Positions 31,901 through 43,389 of a stretch of DNA of 64,000 bases are shown piece after piece. Location: the NCBI GenBank assembly GCA_000091205.1, contig AP006494.2; one strand, given 5' to 3'. A model generated the notes under the pieces. The model did no database searches and was not told where the DNA came from. It saw only the letters and a list, made by a program, of their open reading frames with translations. Made by a program: the position numbers and the translations under genes. Position 1 is the stretch's first letter. Each line of letters begins with the position of its first letter. Origin of the DNA: Cyanidioschyzon merolae (Eukaryota).

Positions 31901-33774
31901 AAGAGAAAGACTTCATGTTGAGCATGGATACCAGGTTCAAGGGCATCGCAGCCGTTACCATTCCACTTATTCAAGAGGACGGAGCCAAAGACGTGAAGAG
32001 AAAGCAGAGGAAGCCGCTGAAGTTTTCTGGGGCTTGGTATTATCGGGTGTCGATCATAATGGACTCCAGGAAGCATAGCAATAGGTGGAATGTCGGCATA
32101 CGGATCCACCTGCATGTTCTGAGAATCATGTTGCGTTGAAGCAGGGGCGTTGCTTTGTGTGTTTCAGTTGGAGAGTCGTTGAGCGTGCAGATAGCACGTA
32201 AGGACCCCCTTTGGCTGGTTAGCATGCGATTGCGCCAGACTCGCCAGCGGTTTCGGTTGTGCATAAGTACAAAGCGTGAATTCGCCAACTTGTGCAGTGA
32301 GTCGGAAAAGCAAAAGACAGAGAAGGCGCGTCGTTTAATCGGAGCCTATGACGCTGGACATACTGTAACGCACGGGGGCTGGTTTCCTGCGCCTTCGACA
32401 TGACGCGGCAACGCGTGAAAGAATCGATTCTGCACGATTCGCATCCATGAATTAGGGACGATTTACGCGGATCTTGGATACATATCCAAGCTGAAACTCG
32501 TCGAGAAGAAGAACGTGAAACAGAGCAAGGTGCACGAGATGGTATTTGGTTAGCTGACTGAACATCAGATTGCGAGCCAGTTGAAGGTGACATGCTTCCT
32601 TGCGCTCGATTCCGCTGGGAACAATGCGCGCAAGCACTTTCTGCACTGGGACTTGAACCCCTCGATCAGCCTACGGAAAGCACTGGCGCCTATGGAGCAC
32701 TCAGCGGTTTTTTGTCCAGCGAGTTTTCGCGGCAGTCTTTTCGTACTCAGGGTAAGCACGGGGCAGAAATGCCGTAGACGTGCAGAGAAAAAAACGAGTG
32801 GCCAGGAGAGCGCATTGGATTACCGCCTGAAGTAATGCACTGGTATGGTACGATGTAGCAATGCAAAAAGCATACAGGACCGGATGTATACGCAGAGAAC
32901 GCCTCTTCTGGGCAATTGCTGGACACTCATGGTAATCCATTATTCGATAGGACAGCGTTTGCGTCTCCCATAGGAATGAGACGCTGCGCGATCCCAGCGC
33001 ACAGTGGAGACCGATTACTGTTTCCTGCTAGATGATGAATGCTACTGCCCCATTGGTCCGTGTTGTTGATTCGGAAGCGGCAAACGCTCCGATGAAAAGG
33101 ACCTGCAGAATCGCTATCTGAAGCGGAAAGGTTCTCGCGTGTTGCCGCTGTGCGGTGCAACGCAGGAGCTCTTCGGCGCGGCTGCTGCGACGGCCAAGTT
33201 TTTCCATTTGTTTCGCCGTTTCCGTGAATCGAGCACCTGCTGCACAAAAATTCCACACACCGGAATCGGACCTGGTGCGGATTATGAAGAGACCCTCAAT
33301 AACGAGGCGCGAATTGCTGGCGCTGCAAGCATTGCCGATCATTCCGTGGATTCGCTCTGAGCGGGAGTAAGCCGCTGGCGAGTCACATGGCCACTGTACC
33401 GCATACGACCTGCGACATCGAGTGACAAACGAGGTGCTTTACGTTTTCCACGGGAACCCGAGATCCATTCGATGCATACAGCCTGGCGCTGGGACAGCTT
33501 CAAACCCGCGCAATGGACCGGGTGCATCGACTAGGCAGTGGCCGCAGTTCTGCGTACGATTCGATGCGCTTTGCTGAACACCAATGTCGTATAAAGCGCC
33601 GATGGATAGCTGAGGTTTTCCGAGCAATCCGTTAGCGAGGGTCTTCGGTTTGCAGGCACGGGATATCCTAGTCCGTGGTGCATACTCCTGGCGAGTCTCT
33701 AGGCCGTTCGCGTGCTCGGCAGCCGCGGAGGTACCGCGCGAGGCACCGGTCGCTTTTCCCGCCAACCGTACGCA

Positions 33775-33804
33775 TCACCACCACCACCACCAGCACCACC
33801 ACGA
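33775..33804. repeat. (CCA/CAC)n microsatellite
   Basis: caccaccaccaccaccagcaccaccac. Confidence 0.8.
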
Positions 33805-33966
33805 GGAGCGCGCATAGAATTATTTCACGGAACATGTCCAGCGAAGTGGTTGCTTCGTTGCCGCTCAAGCTATGCAGGCGAAAAACAGCATGCTTACAGG
33901 CGGTGCGCGCCTTGTGCGCTGTTTTCACGATATCTGCTTCGTGCCGCACGACAGGGTAGAGCTGTT

Positions 33967-36900
33967 TCAGGTAGCGTCCGATTCATCGGTGTTGGTGTTG
34001 CGAAAGCGGGACGCATGCCGTGGCTGCTCGAACTGCCTATCTCGTGCGGGGAGAAGGCGCTCCAAAAGGGGGTCTCGTGCTGTCATTTCCAGCTCCAGAC
34101 GAGTCTCGGGTGCGCTAGAGGCTGCTCTGCGCACTCTCGATGCTTCGATATCGCTCTCTCCCGACGCATCTATTTCATCCGCACTGCTACCAGAGTTGGC
34201 AGAATCCTCCTCCTCGTCCTCCTCCTCCTCCTCCTCGGAGAGAGAATGGACGGAACCCGCCTGCTCTGCTGGATCATTTGGTCTGGTTTGCGGTGCGACG
34301 CCTACAATAGGTTCCAAATTGATGTAAAAGAGTTCGTACATGTCGAGCCAAGCACCGCGCAGCTCGTTCCGCGGTCTTCCCTCCTGCCGGTGATACGTGC
34401 TCGCTTCGTGTACAATACGACTCAAGTCGCGGATACGGCGCGGCATGGGCGCTTCTGGTCGCCACAGCTTGATCGTGGCATCAATGCCGCAAGTCACCAG
34501 GTACGGCTCGTAGGGATGTTTCTCGACGCAGTTGACAACGTCGCGATCTGCGAGGAAAACCTGGATCAAATCGCCGGTGTAGCGATCCCATATGTACACG
34601 CGACCATCATCGCTACCCGAGATGACGTACTCGTCGTTTGGACCGTAAAAGTTCACCTCCTTGATGGTGATGGCGTTGCGATGCCCCAGAAAGCAACGCA
34701 CATAGGAACCGTCTGGCGAGCAGCGCGTCGTCAGCCAGCGAGGTACTCGCGTCCAATCACCGGGCGGCTCCAGCTCCTCGTCGGCAGGCGAGGTTGCGCC
34801 ATCCACCGCCAAAGTGCTCCGCATCTGGCCCCGGACCTGCATCGATTCAGCCGCTTCGTATTCCTGCGGCTCAGATGACCCCCTTCGCAACACCCTCGGA
34901 CGATTTGCGCTCGATACGTCGACGCTGGTGCGCACCGAAGGATGCGATGCCATTGCTGCTGGAGGCGCACTGAGGCGGCTCACGAGCGAATGCGTCTCCG
35001 GACGAGAGCCCGCGGGCTCATCAGCGGTACCAGCAAAGCTCTGCATGTTTCGCTCTGCGACTTGGAGTACTGCATCGCGTCCAGGCGGACCCACTCCGAG
35101 GTCTGTGGCGCCATCCAAACGAGATAGACTGCTTTCCGCTTGTTCGCCCGAGGTAGCAGTTGCGCGAATGCAGTCAGGAGGTAGGCTTCGCGATCCCGTC
35201 ACACTACCCGTTGGCCGAATCGCATGCGAAATGCTCACCTCCGAGTGTTCGGATAGCGTTGTGGACGTCATTGGTTGAGGTTGTGATGCTGTGTGCGCCT
35301 GTGCGCTCATGGAATCCGCCTGGATTACTCGATCACTGTGACTAGCCTGCGTCTGGATGCGCAGCGAGTGGGCCCTTCTCCGCGTGATTGGCCTTGAAAC
35401 GCCCTCACTCTGCAGATCATGAGGTATCGAAGTCCGCTCGCTGCTATCATCTGCGAACAGGGGTGCATTGCTTGCGACAATAGGCTGTTGCTGCTGCTGT
35501 TGATGCAGCTCTACCCTGCTGCTCCGCTGATCCATAGCATCGACGATTGTTTCCGCGGGCCTTTCAGAGGGCGCTTCATAATCACCACCACTACCACCGC
35601 CACCGCCACCACCACCACAGAGAAAAGAGCCTTTCTTCGGCTCGGTATCGAAGAGATAGATGGCATCGTGTGCGTAGCTTGCCAGAAGCTGAGAACCGTC
35701 CCGAGAGAACGCCACACCGGTAATCGAAACGCTCTCATACATCTCTTGGAGAAGCATACGACCGAGCCGACCGAGGATCGGTTCCGTATCAACCAGACCG
35801 CCACCCGCATCGTCGGGGTCAGTATCTTCGTAGACATGCCCAGCTGGATTGACAAGTCGACGCAAGTTGCGCCGGCGGACCCGGGCGGCACGACGTTCTC
35901 TCTCAAGGAGCACCTGGCGATACGCCTCACGTTCTTGACGATGTTGCTCCGCGACCGTGCGCCTCTCTAGTGGGGCATACACTCGAACAGGCCCTCGCAA
36001 CTGACTCAACATTCGTCGATCATAGAGCTGAACAAATTCATTGGTTCCAGCGACAACAAACCGATTCGAATCCAACGGATGTAGTTTGAGGCTGTAAAGT
36101 TCAATGGAAGGTTCCGTGATGAGCAGATTTCTCTGCGGCGAGAGTTGCCGCAGGCGATAGGTCCGCTCGTGCTCGCTATCGAACGCCTGTTCCTGAAAGG
36201 AGGCATGAATACGACGCCAATCGATCTCATTCACATCGAGGAGGATGTTCTGACAACGGCGGGTGTCACGGCTATGTCTCAGTGTCGGACGACATCGGTG
36301 TCGATGCGCTTCACGCAAATCAAACTGTCTCACAGTGCCGTCCTCGGAGCAGCTTAATATCACCTGCGGGTTCTGCGGGTCCACAGCGAGCTTCTTGACG
36401 CGCCCCGTGTGGCAGCAGACAGTGCGAATACATCGCCTCTCGAGGTCGCAGACACGGATCTCGTGGTCACCCGCACAGCTGACAATCACCCGATCGCCGG
36501 TGAACGGAACGAAGCGAACGTCGAAGATATTTGCCGAGTGTCCAGTTTGAAAGGTGAGGAGCGGGCGCTGACGCCAACGCTCCGGCGACACACCAGGAGC
36601 CGCTCTGGGCTCATCCTCCGCCGCCAGGTACCGCTCGTAGTCATTTGGCTCTAAAGGTCCCCTACGTGTCGTACTCCGAGCGTTTGGCAGCCACAACTCC
36701 CCGTCCTCGTTGAGGTGCTGGTAGTTCAGGTTCCAGAGCGCGATGCGAGTGTCATCCGAGCCAGACAGGCACAGGGTTCCGCTATCGTTCCAGCAGAGCG
36801 CGTTCACACAGCCGGTGTGCCCGTCCCAGACAGAGCAAAGCGCTAACCGATAGAGGAACGCTCGACTCGCACCGACGGCAGCCTCGGTTGTTCCCGGGTG

Positions 36901-37023
36901 CGTCGCTCGAACTGGCCACAGGGGCTCGCAGTACCGGCCCGAGGGTGACGGTTCAAAGTGGGCTCGAATGCCAAGCTCGCGTGCTCGCAAGAGCGTCGCA
37001 GTCGAGCCCAGCCCACGTTGCAT
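33967..37023 (-). CDS. WD40-repeat protein of the DDB1-CUL4-associated-factor (DCAF8/WDTC-like) type, 1018 aa with poly-G/poly-Q/poly-E inserts
   Basis: N-terminal WD repeats (GHTGCVNALCWNDSGTLCLSGSDDTRIALWNL) and C-terminal ...YVISGSDDGRVYIWDRYTG...VTCGIDATIKLWRPE, a pattern typical of DCAF8-family proteins. Long low-complexity middle. Confidence 0.65.
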   Translation of the reverse strand: MQRGLGSTATLLRARELGIRAHFEPSPSGRYCEPLWPVRATHPGTTEAAVGASRAFLYRLALCSVWDGHTGCVNALCWNDSGTLCLSGSDDTRIALWNLNYQHLNEDGELWLPNARSTTRRGPLEPNDYERYLAAEDEPRAAPGVSPERWRQRPLLTFQTGHSANIFDVRFVPFTGDRVIVSCAGDHEIRVCDLERRCIRTVCCHTGRVKKLAVDPQNPQVILSCSEDGTVRQFDLREAHRHRCRPTLRHSRDTRRCQNILLDVNEIDWRRIHASFQEQAFDSEHERTYRLRQLSPQRNLLITEPSIELYSLKLHPLDSNRFVVAGTNEFVQLYDRRMLSQLRGPVRVYAPLERRTVAEQHRQEREAYRQVLLERERRAARVRRRNLRRLVNPAGHVYEDTDPDDAGGGLVDTEPILGRLGRMLLQEMYESVSITGVAFSRDGSQLLASYAHDAIYLFDTEPKKGSFLCGGGGGGGGSGGDYEAPSERPAETIVDAMDQRSSRVELHQQQQQQPIVASNAPLFADDSSERTSIPHDLQSEGVSRPITRRRAHSLRIQTQASHSDRVIQADSMSAQAHTASQPQPMTSTTLSEHSEVSISHAIRPTGSVTGSRSLPPDCIRATATSGEQAESSLSRLDGATDLGVGPPGRDAVLQVAERNMQSFAGTADEPAGSRPETHSLVSRLSAPPAAMASHPSVRTSVDVSSANRPRVLRRGSSEPQEYEAAESMQVRGQMRSTLAVDGATSPADEELEPPGDWTRVPRWLTTRCSPDGSYVRCFLGHRNAITIKEVNFYGPNDEYVISGSDDGRVYIWDRYTGDLIQVFLADRDVVNCVEKHPYEPYLVTCGIDATIKLWRPEAPMPRRIRDLSRIVHEASTYHRQEGRPRNELRGAWLDMYELFYINLEPIVGVAPQTRPNDPAEQAGSVHSLSEEEEEEDEEEDSANSGSSADEIDASGESDIEASRVRRAASSAPETRLELEMTARDPLLERLLPARDRQFEQPRHASRFRNTNTDESDAT

Positions 37024-37361
37024 CGAAGCAGGAGTGCTCGCAAACGAGGCCCCGAGGCGTGCCGCTCGCTTTCGGGTCGAGCGGTGCGGCTTCGGCGAAC
37101 ACCAGCAACGCCGACTATGGAGCCAAAAGCCGTGTCCAACGGTGCACGAACGACGAACGCTCTACCTGTTCGTATGCTGGTTGTTTCTAAACAACCAGAG
37201 TCACGGTTACAGGTAGGAGTTCCACCAGGTCGACGGCGTCTTCGAACGACACCCCCAGGTTTACGAAAGTGCCCCGAGGTCGAAGCCATTTCGTCATAGA
37301 ACGCGTTGCTCCTGGGTCGACGCACTAGCACACGCTGCCGCTGCTCCTTTACCAGAGACTG

Positions 37362-37904
37362 GTGTCGCTTATGACAACACTTCGCAAGTTCGTCGCCACA
37401 GACCTTTTCAATTTCAACTTGATCAATCTGGACCGGTTCACAGAGACCTATAATCTTGGTTTTTATGGGTACTACTTTACGCGCTGGCCTTGGTTGCAGC
37501 GGGTCGTGGTGGCCCCCGACGGCACGCTGGCCGCCTACATCCTTGGCAAAGTGGAAGGAAGTGGCCGCATGCTGCACGGACACATTTCCGCGGTCACAGT
37601 CGCACCGGAGTACCGCCGCCTCGGTGTGGCACGGGCACTGTTGCAGTTTCTCGAACAGGTCTCGGAGCAGCACGCGGGGGCTTTCTTTATCGACTTGTTC
37701 GTACGGGTGAGCAACCGTACCGCCGTGGACATGTACCAGAGACTCGGATACGCGATTTATCGTACTGTAGTTGGCTACTACGCTGACTCCGAAGACGCCT
37801 ACGACATGAGGAAACCGTGTCCCAGTCGTGACCCTACCGGAAGCTGTCTGGTTTGCGCTCGCAACCGCCGTCGCGTCCGTCCGCATGAATTGGAGTTCGA
37901 CTAG
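37362..37904 (+). CDS. NAA20: N-alpha-acetyltransferase 20 (NatB catalytic subunit, GNAT fold)
   Basis: MTTLRKFVATDLFNFNLINLDRFTETYNLGFYGYYFTRWP...HGHISAVTVAPEYRRLGVARALLQFLE...YRTVVGYYAD matches the conserved NAA20/Nat3 sequence almost along its full length. 180 aa is the expected size. Confidence 0.88.
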   Translation: MSLMTTLRKFVATDLFNFNLINLDRFTETYNLGFYGYYFTRWPWLQRVVVAPDGTLAAYILGKVEGSGRMLHGHISAVTVAPEYRRLGVARALLQFLEQVSEQHAGAFFIDLFVRVSNRTAVDMYQRLGYAIYRTVVGYYADSEDAYDMRKPCPSRDPTGSCLVCARNRRRVRPHELEFD

Positions 37905-38172
37905 TTCTGGTGGCCTGGTGATGAGCTTGGAGCCCTCAGATAACAAGGCCCAGTATCCGAGCACATGCGTTCGAGTTCGATGAGGTCTGGTGGCGGGGCG
38001 ACAAGAGCGAGCGCTGAAATAGCAAGGCCATATTTTGTTCACGGGTGCAGAGGCAGCTGGCGATTCGCCTTGACACCGGCACGCCAACATCTCGACACTA
38101 CCATAGGGGGTGCGAGGTTTTTACGAAGCGCTGAAGGAGGCGTCACGGGCCTTGGTTCACGATCCTTGTCAT

Positions 38173-39381
38173 CTACAACGCGTCATCCAGTTCCTCCGAG
38201 CACATGACATCAACTTCTTCAGGTACAAGGGCCGACGACGATGACGATAATCCGAGGCCTGACGTCTCATGATCACCATCGCCACCTCCACGAAACGGAA
38301 CAACTGGTGGCGGCATGCAGAGACGTGGACGCTTCTTCGGGGCCCCAGAAGGATAGAAAGTGCGATCAAAGAACAAGCTTTCAGATGAGAGCAAATACGA
38401 GTCTTCATGTGCGTCTCCAGAGATGTTCTCCTGGGATGCGGCAGTCCTTTCGAGGTACGCCGCAAGCTCCATGACAGAACGAGGCGACTGGGACGATTTC
38501 ACTGAGGACAGGATAGGGCGTCGCGAAACCTGGTGTTGACACAAATCCTCGATCCCTGCCAGGCATGCCTGCACATCACTCGCTGCATCGGATAGAAACT
38601 GACCCAAACGGAGGCCCGCCTCGATCGAACCGGGCAGTTGATGGCTCGCACACAGAATGCTCGCTGCTGCGACGACTGATGGCCGATACGAAAGCGCGAT
38701 AGAGGAAGCTCGCAAGGCGATATCCGCGAAACGCAACGACTCGGCAAGGAGGGCGTACGCGAGCGGACTGCGACCCTGACGCCGATCCGCCTGTGTGGAT
38801 ACGCCTTTGCTTCTCGCTGGCTCACTGCCTTGCTTCCCCGACAAGCAAACCCACCCATCATGCATCGGAGTATCCATTGTGGACGTCATGTCGATTTCCA
38901 TAAAATAATAGATAAATGGAATTGCAGACACTCGGACGACGTCCCATTCGAGTATACGCAACAGCTCCTGCTCCATGCGCACGATAGCTGACTTGGAGTA
39001 GAAGCCCGCATTCAATGCATGTAACTTGTGCAAGACCGCCGGGTCGCTCTCCGTCTCTTCACACTTTGCCGCCACTAGGATACACGCGCTCGCCAGCAGT
39101 TGCCACACGTTGCACGACACGCCCTTGTTTCGCGCGAAATACTCGTCGAAACAACTGACGGCGCTATGCACGGTACTTCTCTCGAGGCGCAGCACCTCGC
39201 CGGCATCCAACATCCACTCGACCACTTGCCCGCGATAGAACGCGTACTGCTGCGGAAAACAGAAGCGTTCAGCGACATTGGCATAGAGAAAACGAACGCG
39301 GCGCTCTCGCTCGAAAAACACAAGCCCAGCGTCGTCCCATTCAGATCCCTTCGTTTCAACCAGCATGACCACTCGATCCAC
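38173..39381 (-). CDS. Cyclin (cyclin N-terminal box domain protein)
   Basis: Cyclin-box pattern: ...FLYANVAERF...RGQVVEWMLDAGEVLRLERSTVHSAVSCFDEYF...WQLLASACILVAAKCEETE...LLRILEWDV. Confidence 0.7.
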   Translation of the reverse strand: MDRVVMLVETKGSEWDDAGLVFFERERRVRFLYANVAERFCFPQQYAFYRGQVVEWMLDAGEVLRLERSTVHSAVSCFDEYFARNKGVSCNVWQLLASACILVAAKCEETESDPAVLHKLHALNAGFYSKSAIVRMEQELLRILEWDVVRVSAIPFIYYFMEIDMTSTMDTPMHDGWVCLSGKQGSEPARSKGVSTQADRRQGRSPLAYALLAESLRFADIALRASSIALSYRPSVVAAASILCASHQLPGSIEAGLRLGQFLSDAASDVQACLAGIEDLCQHQVSRRPILSSVKSSQSPRSVMELAAYLERTAASQENISGDAHEDSYLLSSESLFFDRTFYPSGAPKKRPRLCMPPPVVPFRGGGDGDHETSGLGLSSSSSALVPEEVDVMCSEELDDAL

Positions 39382-40059
39382 GACAGAACGCTTTCCTGTA
39401 GCCCAAAGCAGAAAACTTGGCCCTGTCGCTGCTGCTGCTGCCGTCGTCGTCGTCGCTGTTCAGGAGACTGCACAGCTCGCTTAGGTACCCGAGCAGTGGC
39501 GGACGCTTCCTCGAGCGCCGGTGTCGCCAAGTCGCCTCCTGCAATTGAGTTCCCCGCTATGCTTGGTATGTCAGACCCCCAGCTGATCTGACTGCAGGAG
39601 GAAAGCGACGTTGCCACACAGCGTGGCAGCCTGGGCACCTGTTTCCAAGCGATACCGCCGAGGGGCGTCACTACTGCAAGGTAGAGAGCGAGAAATATCT
39701 GGGGATGGGCGGGAGGCGGCTGGCGGCGACGTCTCCCGCCGCAGCTGCCGCTGCTGCTGTTGTAACGTGTGACCGTTGCGTTGGATGATCGACGCGCGCG
39801 CGCGCTGCGATCTGGGATTTTTTCTCAGATGACGAAAAGTGCCCAGTGATCAGGGATCCCAGATTGCGGGATGGGTAGGTATTCGTTATCGAAAAAGCGT
39901 CCATGATGCTTCACGATACCTCCAAGTTCCATTACTTGTGCCTCCGTTAGGATGCACTGGTCGTTTCGTACGTTCTATCGAGCGCTGAGTGTCTGCTTTG
40001 CTGCACCCTGCTGAAGCGTCTACACCGACAGAGCAGATGCTGCGCGGAGACAGCGCGGC

Positions 40060-40340
40060 GTTACTGTACCACTGATGACTTCGGCTCGAGGCGCGGTCCA
40101 TCTGATAAGGGATCAGGATTCATGATCATTCTGGGATCCAGCGATCTGCGTAGGCGTTGCTGTGCCACTGATGACTTCGGCTCGAGGCGCGGTCCATCTG
40201 ATAAGGGATCAGGATTCATGATCATTCTGGGATCCAGCGATCTGCGTAGGCGTTGCTGTGCCACTGATGACTTCGGCTCGAGGCGCGGTCCATCTGATAA
40301 GGGATCAGGATTCATGATCATTCTGGGATCCAGCGATCTG
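40060..40340. repeat. Tandem repeat, approximately 90-bp unit x about 3.1
   Basis: The unit ccactgatgacttcggctcgaggcgcggtccatctgataagggatcaggattcatgatcattctgggatccagcgatctgcgtaggcgttgctgtg repeats three times. It lies about 240 bp upstream of the left end of Fanzor-like copy 2. Confidence 0.9.
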
Positions 40341-40576
40341 CGTAGACAGACGCACTGGCTGCGGCAGCGCGAAGCGATATGCTACGAGATAATCGTCATA
40401 TTGGCGACGCCCAGACGCAGTCTAAGTGTACCTGGTCTCGGAATAAACCGCGTTGCCGACGAGTTACTCAGATCTCAATAGAGTACTAGGCACTGGGTGC
40501 AGCATGGAGCACCAGCCTGGCAGACTTGTCCGGCTCGCAGGACATTCCGCCTGGAAGGTAAACGTTCGAAAATATG

Positions 40577-43120
40577 GAAACATTTTCCCCCTTTGAACGT
40601 TTACCGTAGAGGGGAAAGAACATTTTATCCACTTGGTAGTTAGTCCTTGGTTTATGATCTTTTTTGTACATGGTGCGCTCGATATGCGCACACCCATATC
40701 TGGCAGGCATGCGACCTAGCATGTGCATCTCGCCGCTGAGGGGAAACGCGAACCTGATCATGAGCGTGTTGCTCTGACTTACAAGATGTATTTGCGTTCA
40801 AGGCACAAGAGAGTATGTTTTTCTCAGTTCAATTGTGTGTCAGCTCTCAAGTGAGTGTATTCGAGCGATTTTTCGCGGGTTGTAGCAGAAGCTTTCAAAG
40901 TGCGTTGTTTTGAAAAATAGTCGAGATAAATCGGGAAAAATATGGTTGTAGAAGTGGAGGATCCTGGAGGGCCCCGTATCGCCGGCTGCCGCAAAAAAAA
41001 AACCGAAGAACAGTGCCAACCAAAGAGGAACAACACAGGACCAGGAAGCAAGGCGGCGAGGGCCGACACCAAAACCTGCAGGGAAAACGACAGTACGACG
41101 AGATGGAAGTGAAAGCCTGTCTTTTACGCTGCGTCAAGGATCCGTGCAGGGAAAAGTTGCAAGAGGGCATCAGAAACCGTGTCGATTCGTACTCCAGGAG
41201 TATTGTAAAGGCCTGTTCAGGAATGATGCATGTGGTGAAGGTGATGTGTCGCGACGTGACGGACATCCAAACCGTCGAGGTTCCGGACGAGATTTTCGGC
41301 AAGACCTTCATTCGTCACCTGATGGTTGGAACAGGGGAAACGTCGAGGAGAAATGAGCGAGTTCGTGCCCTCCACGAAAATTACATCAAATACCGCTCCA
41401 ACGGTACTCGATACACGGGAGACTCGCGTATTTACGAATACGGGGCGATCAAGTACCTCACGAACCTGAAGAACCACGTGACCATGAACCTCAAAGGCTT
41501 CATGATACGCTCCGTCTTTGCCCTCGACCTGGAGCTGTCTCGCATAGGGATACGGGCCATCATCGACGGCATCAAGAACGATAGTCGGAATGAACAGGAG
41601 ATCGAATTTGCCGACAAGAAGACATCAAGCAGAGGAAAGAATGAACCTTCTGGAATCCCTGCGGCTATTCAGGAGCACCGTGCAGACTTGGGGCTTGTCA
41701 ACCCCGCGGATAAAGTATCAGAGATGAAAAAGATGACGAAAGATTTTATCCCCGCGTCCAGCGCTATTCCGTGTTTTTGGAGCGAGAACTCGAACGCCAG
41801 GCGGAGATGGAGCTCACTAGGGGAATACGTGAAGATTCGGAGAAGCGGAAGGCTTTCGTAATGGGTAAGCGCTTCAACGTCATTCCATTATGCAACAGCA
41901 AGTAGCACTTTGTGCGAATCGACGCTAGCGTCCTTCATGGCATCACGGGGGAGATGTGTCCGGAGTTCAGTTTTTTCAGGAAGGAGTTCGCCGGCGAAAA
42001 CCCGGAATCGTACTGGAAGAGTATCTTCGATTTCAAATGTCAGAATACAAGCAAAGAAAGATGTATACGGGGAATATCGAAAGAGATGGGATTCTGATGA
42101 ATGTGCACTACGGGTGCTTGATGGCGGATCTTCCTATTCTGTCTTTGTCGGTGCCTTTGACGGAGCATGAGAAGGACAAGGAGGTCGGTCCACGACGCAG
42201 GAGGTGCAGGAGAACGACTTTGTCGTCGGCGTGTGATACCGGGAACACGAATATCGTGACCATCGCTGCACCCAATTTTGCGGAAGATGGCATCGACGGT
42301 AACTTACGTCAGAGAGACATGCGTCTTTTAAAGCTCTCGAGAGCGAGATATTACCGAGACTCGGGAAAAATGAATGCAAGGAAACAAATTGTGACGTGGA
42401 ATGCTGGAGTGAAAGAGCACCTGGAAGCGGTCAGCCAGGTGACTAGTCGTCGAGCGGACCGCTGAGCATTTCTGGAATTCATGAAAAGTTGCGTTGCTCA
42501 TCAAGAGGAGCTGTGGAAAGAGTACACCAAGCCCCGGTGGGTTCGTCAGCATATAACTTTTGTACTGTGGAAAACAACCTGCATTCGCGAACTTTCTTAA
42601 TCAGTTGAGCGCCCTCATAGAGGACAAGAGTCGAAGGCTTGTAGTAGCATACGTTGCAGGTCGCTGAGCCTCCAAAACCAGGGAGCATATCTGCTCCATC
42701 GACAAGAGCGTACACGTAGTGCGCACATCGTTCCGTTACAGTACCGACAGATGAGTTCTGAGCGTCCTACATACACCATGAGCTGGGATGTACACTTCAG
42801 AGGGTCGAGATGGCGAAAAGCCAGCGGAGTCTTGAGGATATAGAAAGGTACGGAGAGCTTGCAGAACAGGAAATTGCACAGAGGGCACGAGCACGAGGAC
42901 TTGTCGCACTGCTTCGTACCACTTGTGGCAAGAAACGCATGAAGTTCGTGAACCGTGACTTTAACGCCGTTATCAAGATCCGATGATTTGCGGCGCTGGA
43001 GAGGAGACCCGAGCAGCTGACGCCATCTAACTTTGTCGGGAAACCGCTCCGGGTCGAGATGAATAAGGAGAAAGTGAAGCCAGTAGTTGGCGACCGGTCG
43101 ACAAAGACTGGGAGCTGTCT
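40577..43120 (+). mobile_element. TnpB/Fanzor-like RuvC-nuclease element, copy 2 (decayed; boundaries approximate)
   Basis: Collinear with copy 1 from the shared 5' non-coding leader (gggaaacgcga(a/t)cctgatca...) through the N-terminal domain (41013..41861), DTGNTNIVTIAAP (RuvC-I, about 42240), and the tail KKRMKFVNRDFNAVIKI...NFVGKPLRVEMNKEKVKPVVGDRSTKTGS (about 42940..43120). Confidence 0.6.
41013..43120 (+). pseudogene. TnpB/Fanzor-like nuclease gene, copy 2, with different disabling lesions from copy 1
   Basis: In-frame stop at K*HFV (about 41905), where copy 1 has KSHFV. TGA at VDEF* (about 42735), where copy 1 has VDEFR. Several frame changes. It lacks the 75-bp repeat expansion. Confidence 0.55.
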
Positions 43121-43365
43121 CCTTATCGATGGATTGACATCCAGTCTATGGCGGGCGGCGCGCCGCTCGCCACTATTGGACCCCGCTTATGTAGCGTACG
43201 CCGCTCGGAAGGCATGTCGTTGTTACCGGTGCGACGGATGCGTTGATGCTGGCTCTGCTGGGGCAATGCAGCTGGTGCTTGAAGCACTGCGGGTGCGCTC
43301 GTTGATGCGCTGCTGCTTTGATCCTCGGGCGACTCGTCTCGACGGCTGCGTACGACCGGACGACG

Positions 43366-43389
43366 CTGATGCTGATGCTGATGCTGATG
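43366..43389. repeat. (GATGCT)4 microsatellite
   Basis: gatgctgatgctgatgctgatgctgatgg. Confidence 0.85.

Noticed and set aside
36843-38090. 415-aa minus-strand ORF
   Set aside because: It is entirely antisense to the strongly supported NAA20 gene (37362..37904) and overlaps the WD40 gene end. There is no family resemblance and it has Arg/Ala/Pro-rich GC-artefact composition.
40060-40340. Possible CRISPR-like array (regular repeats)
   Set aside because: This is a eukaryotic context. The units are 90 bp, directly abutting, with no spacers, so it is a simple tandem minisatellite.
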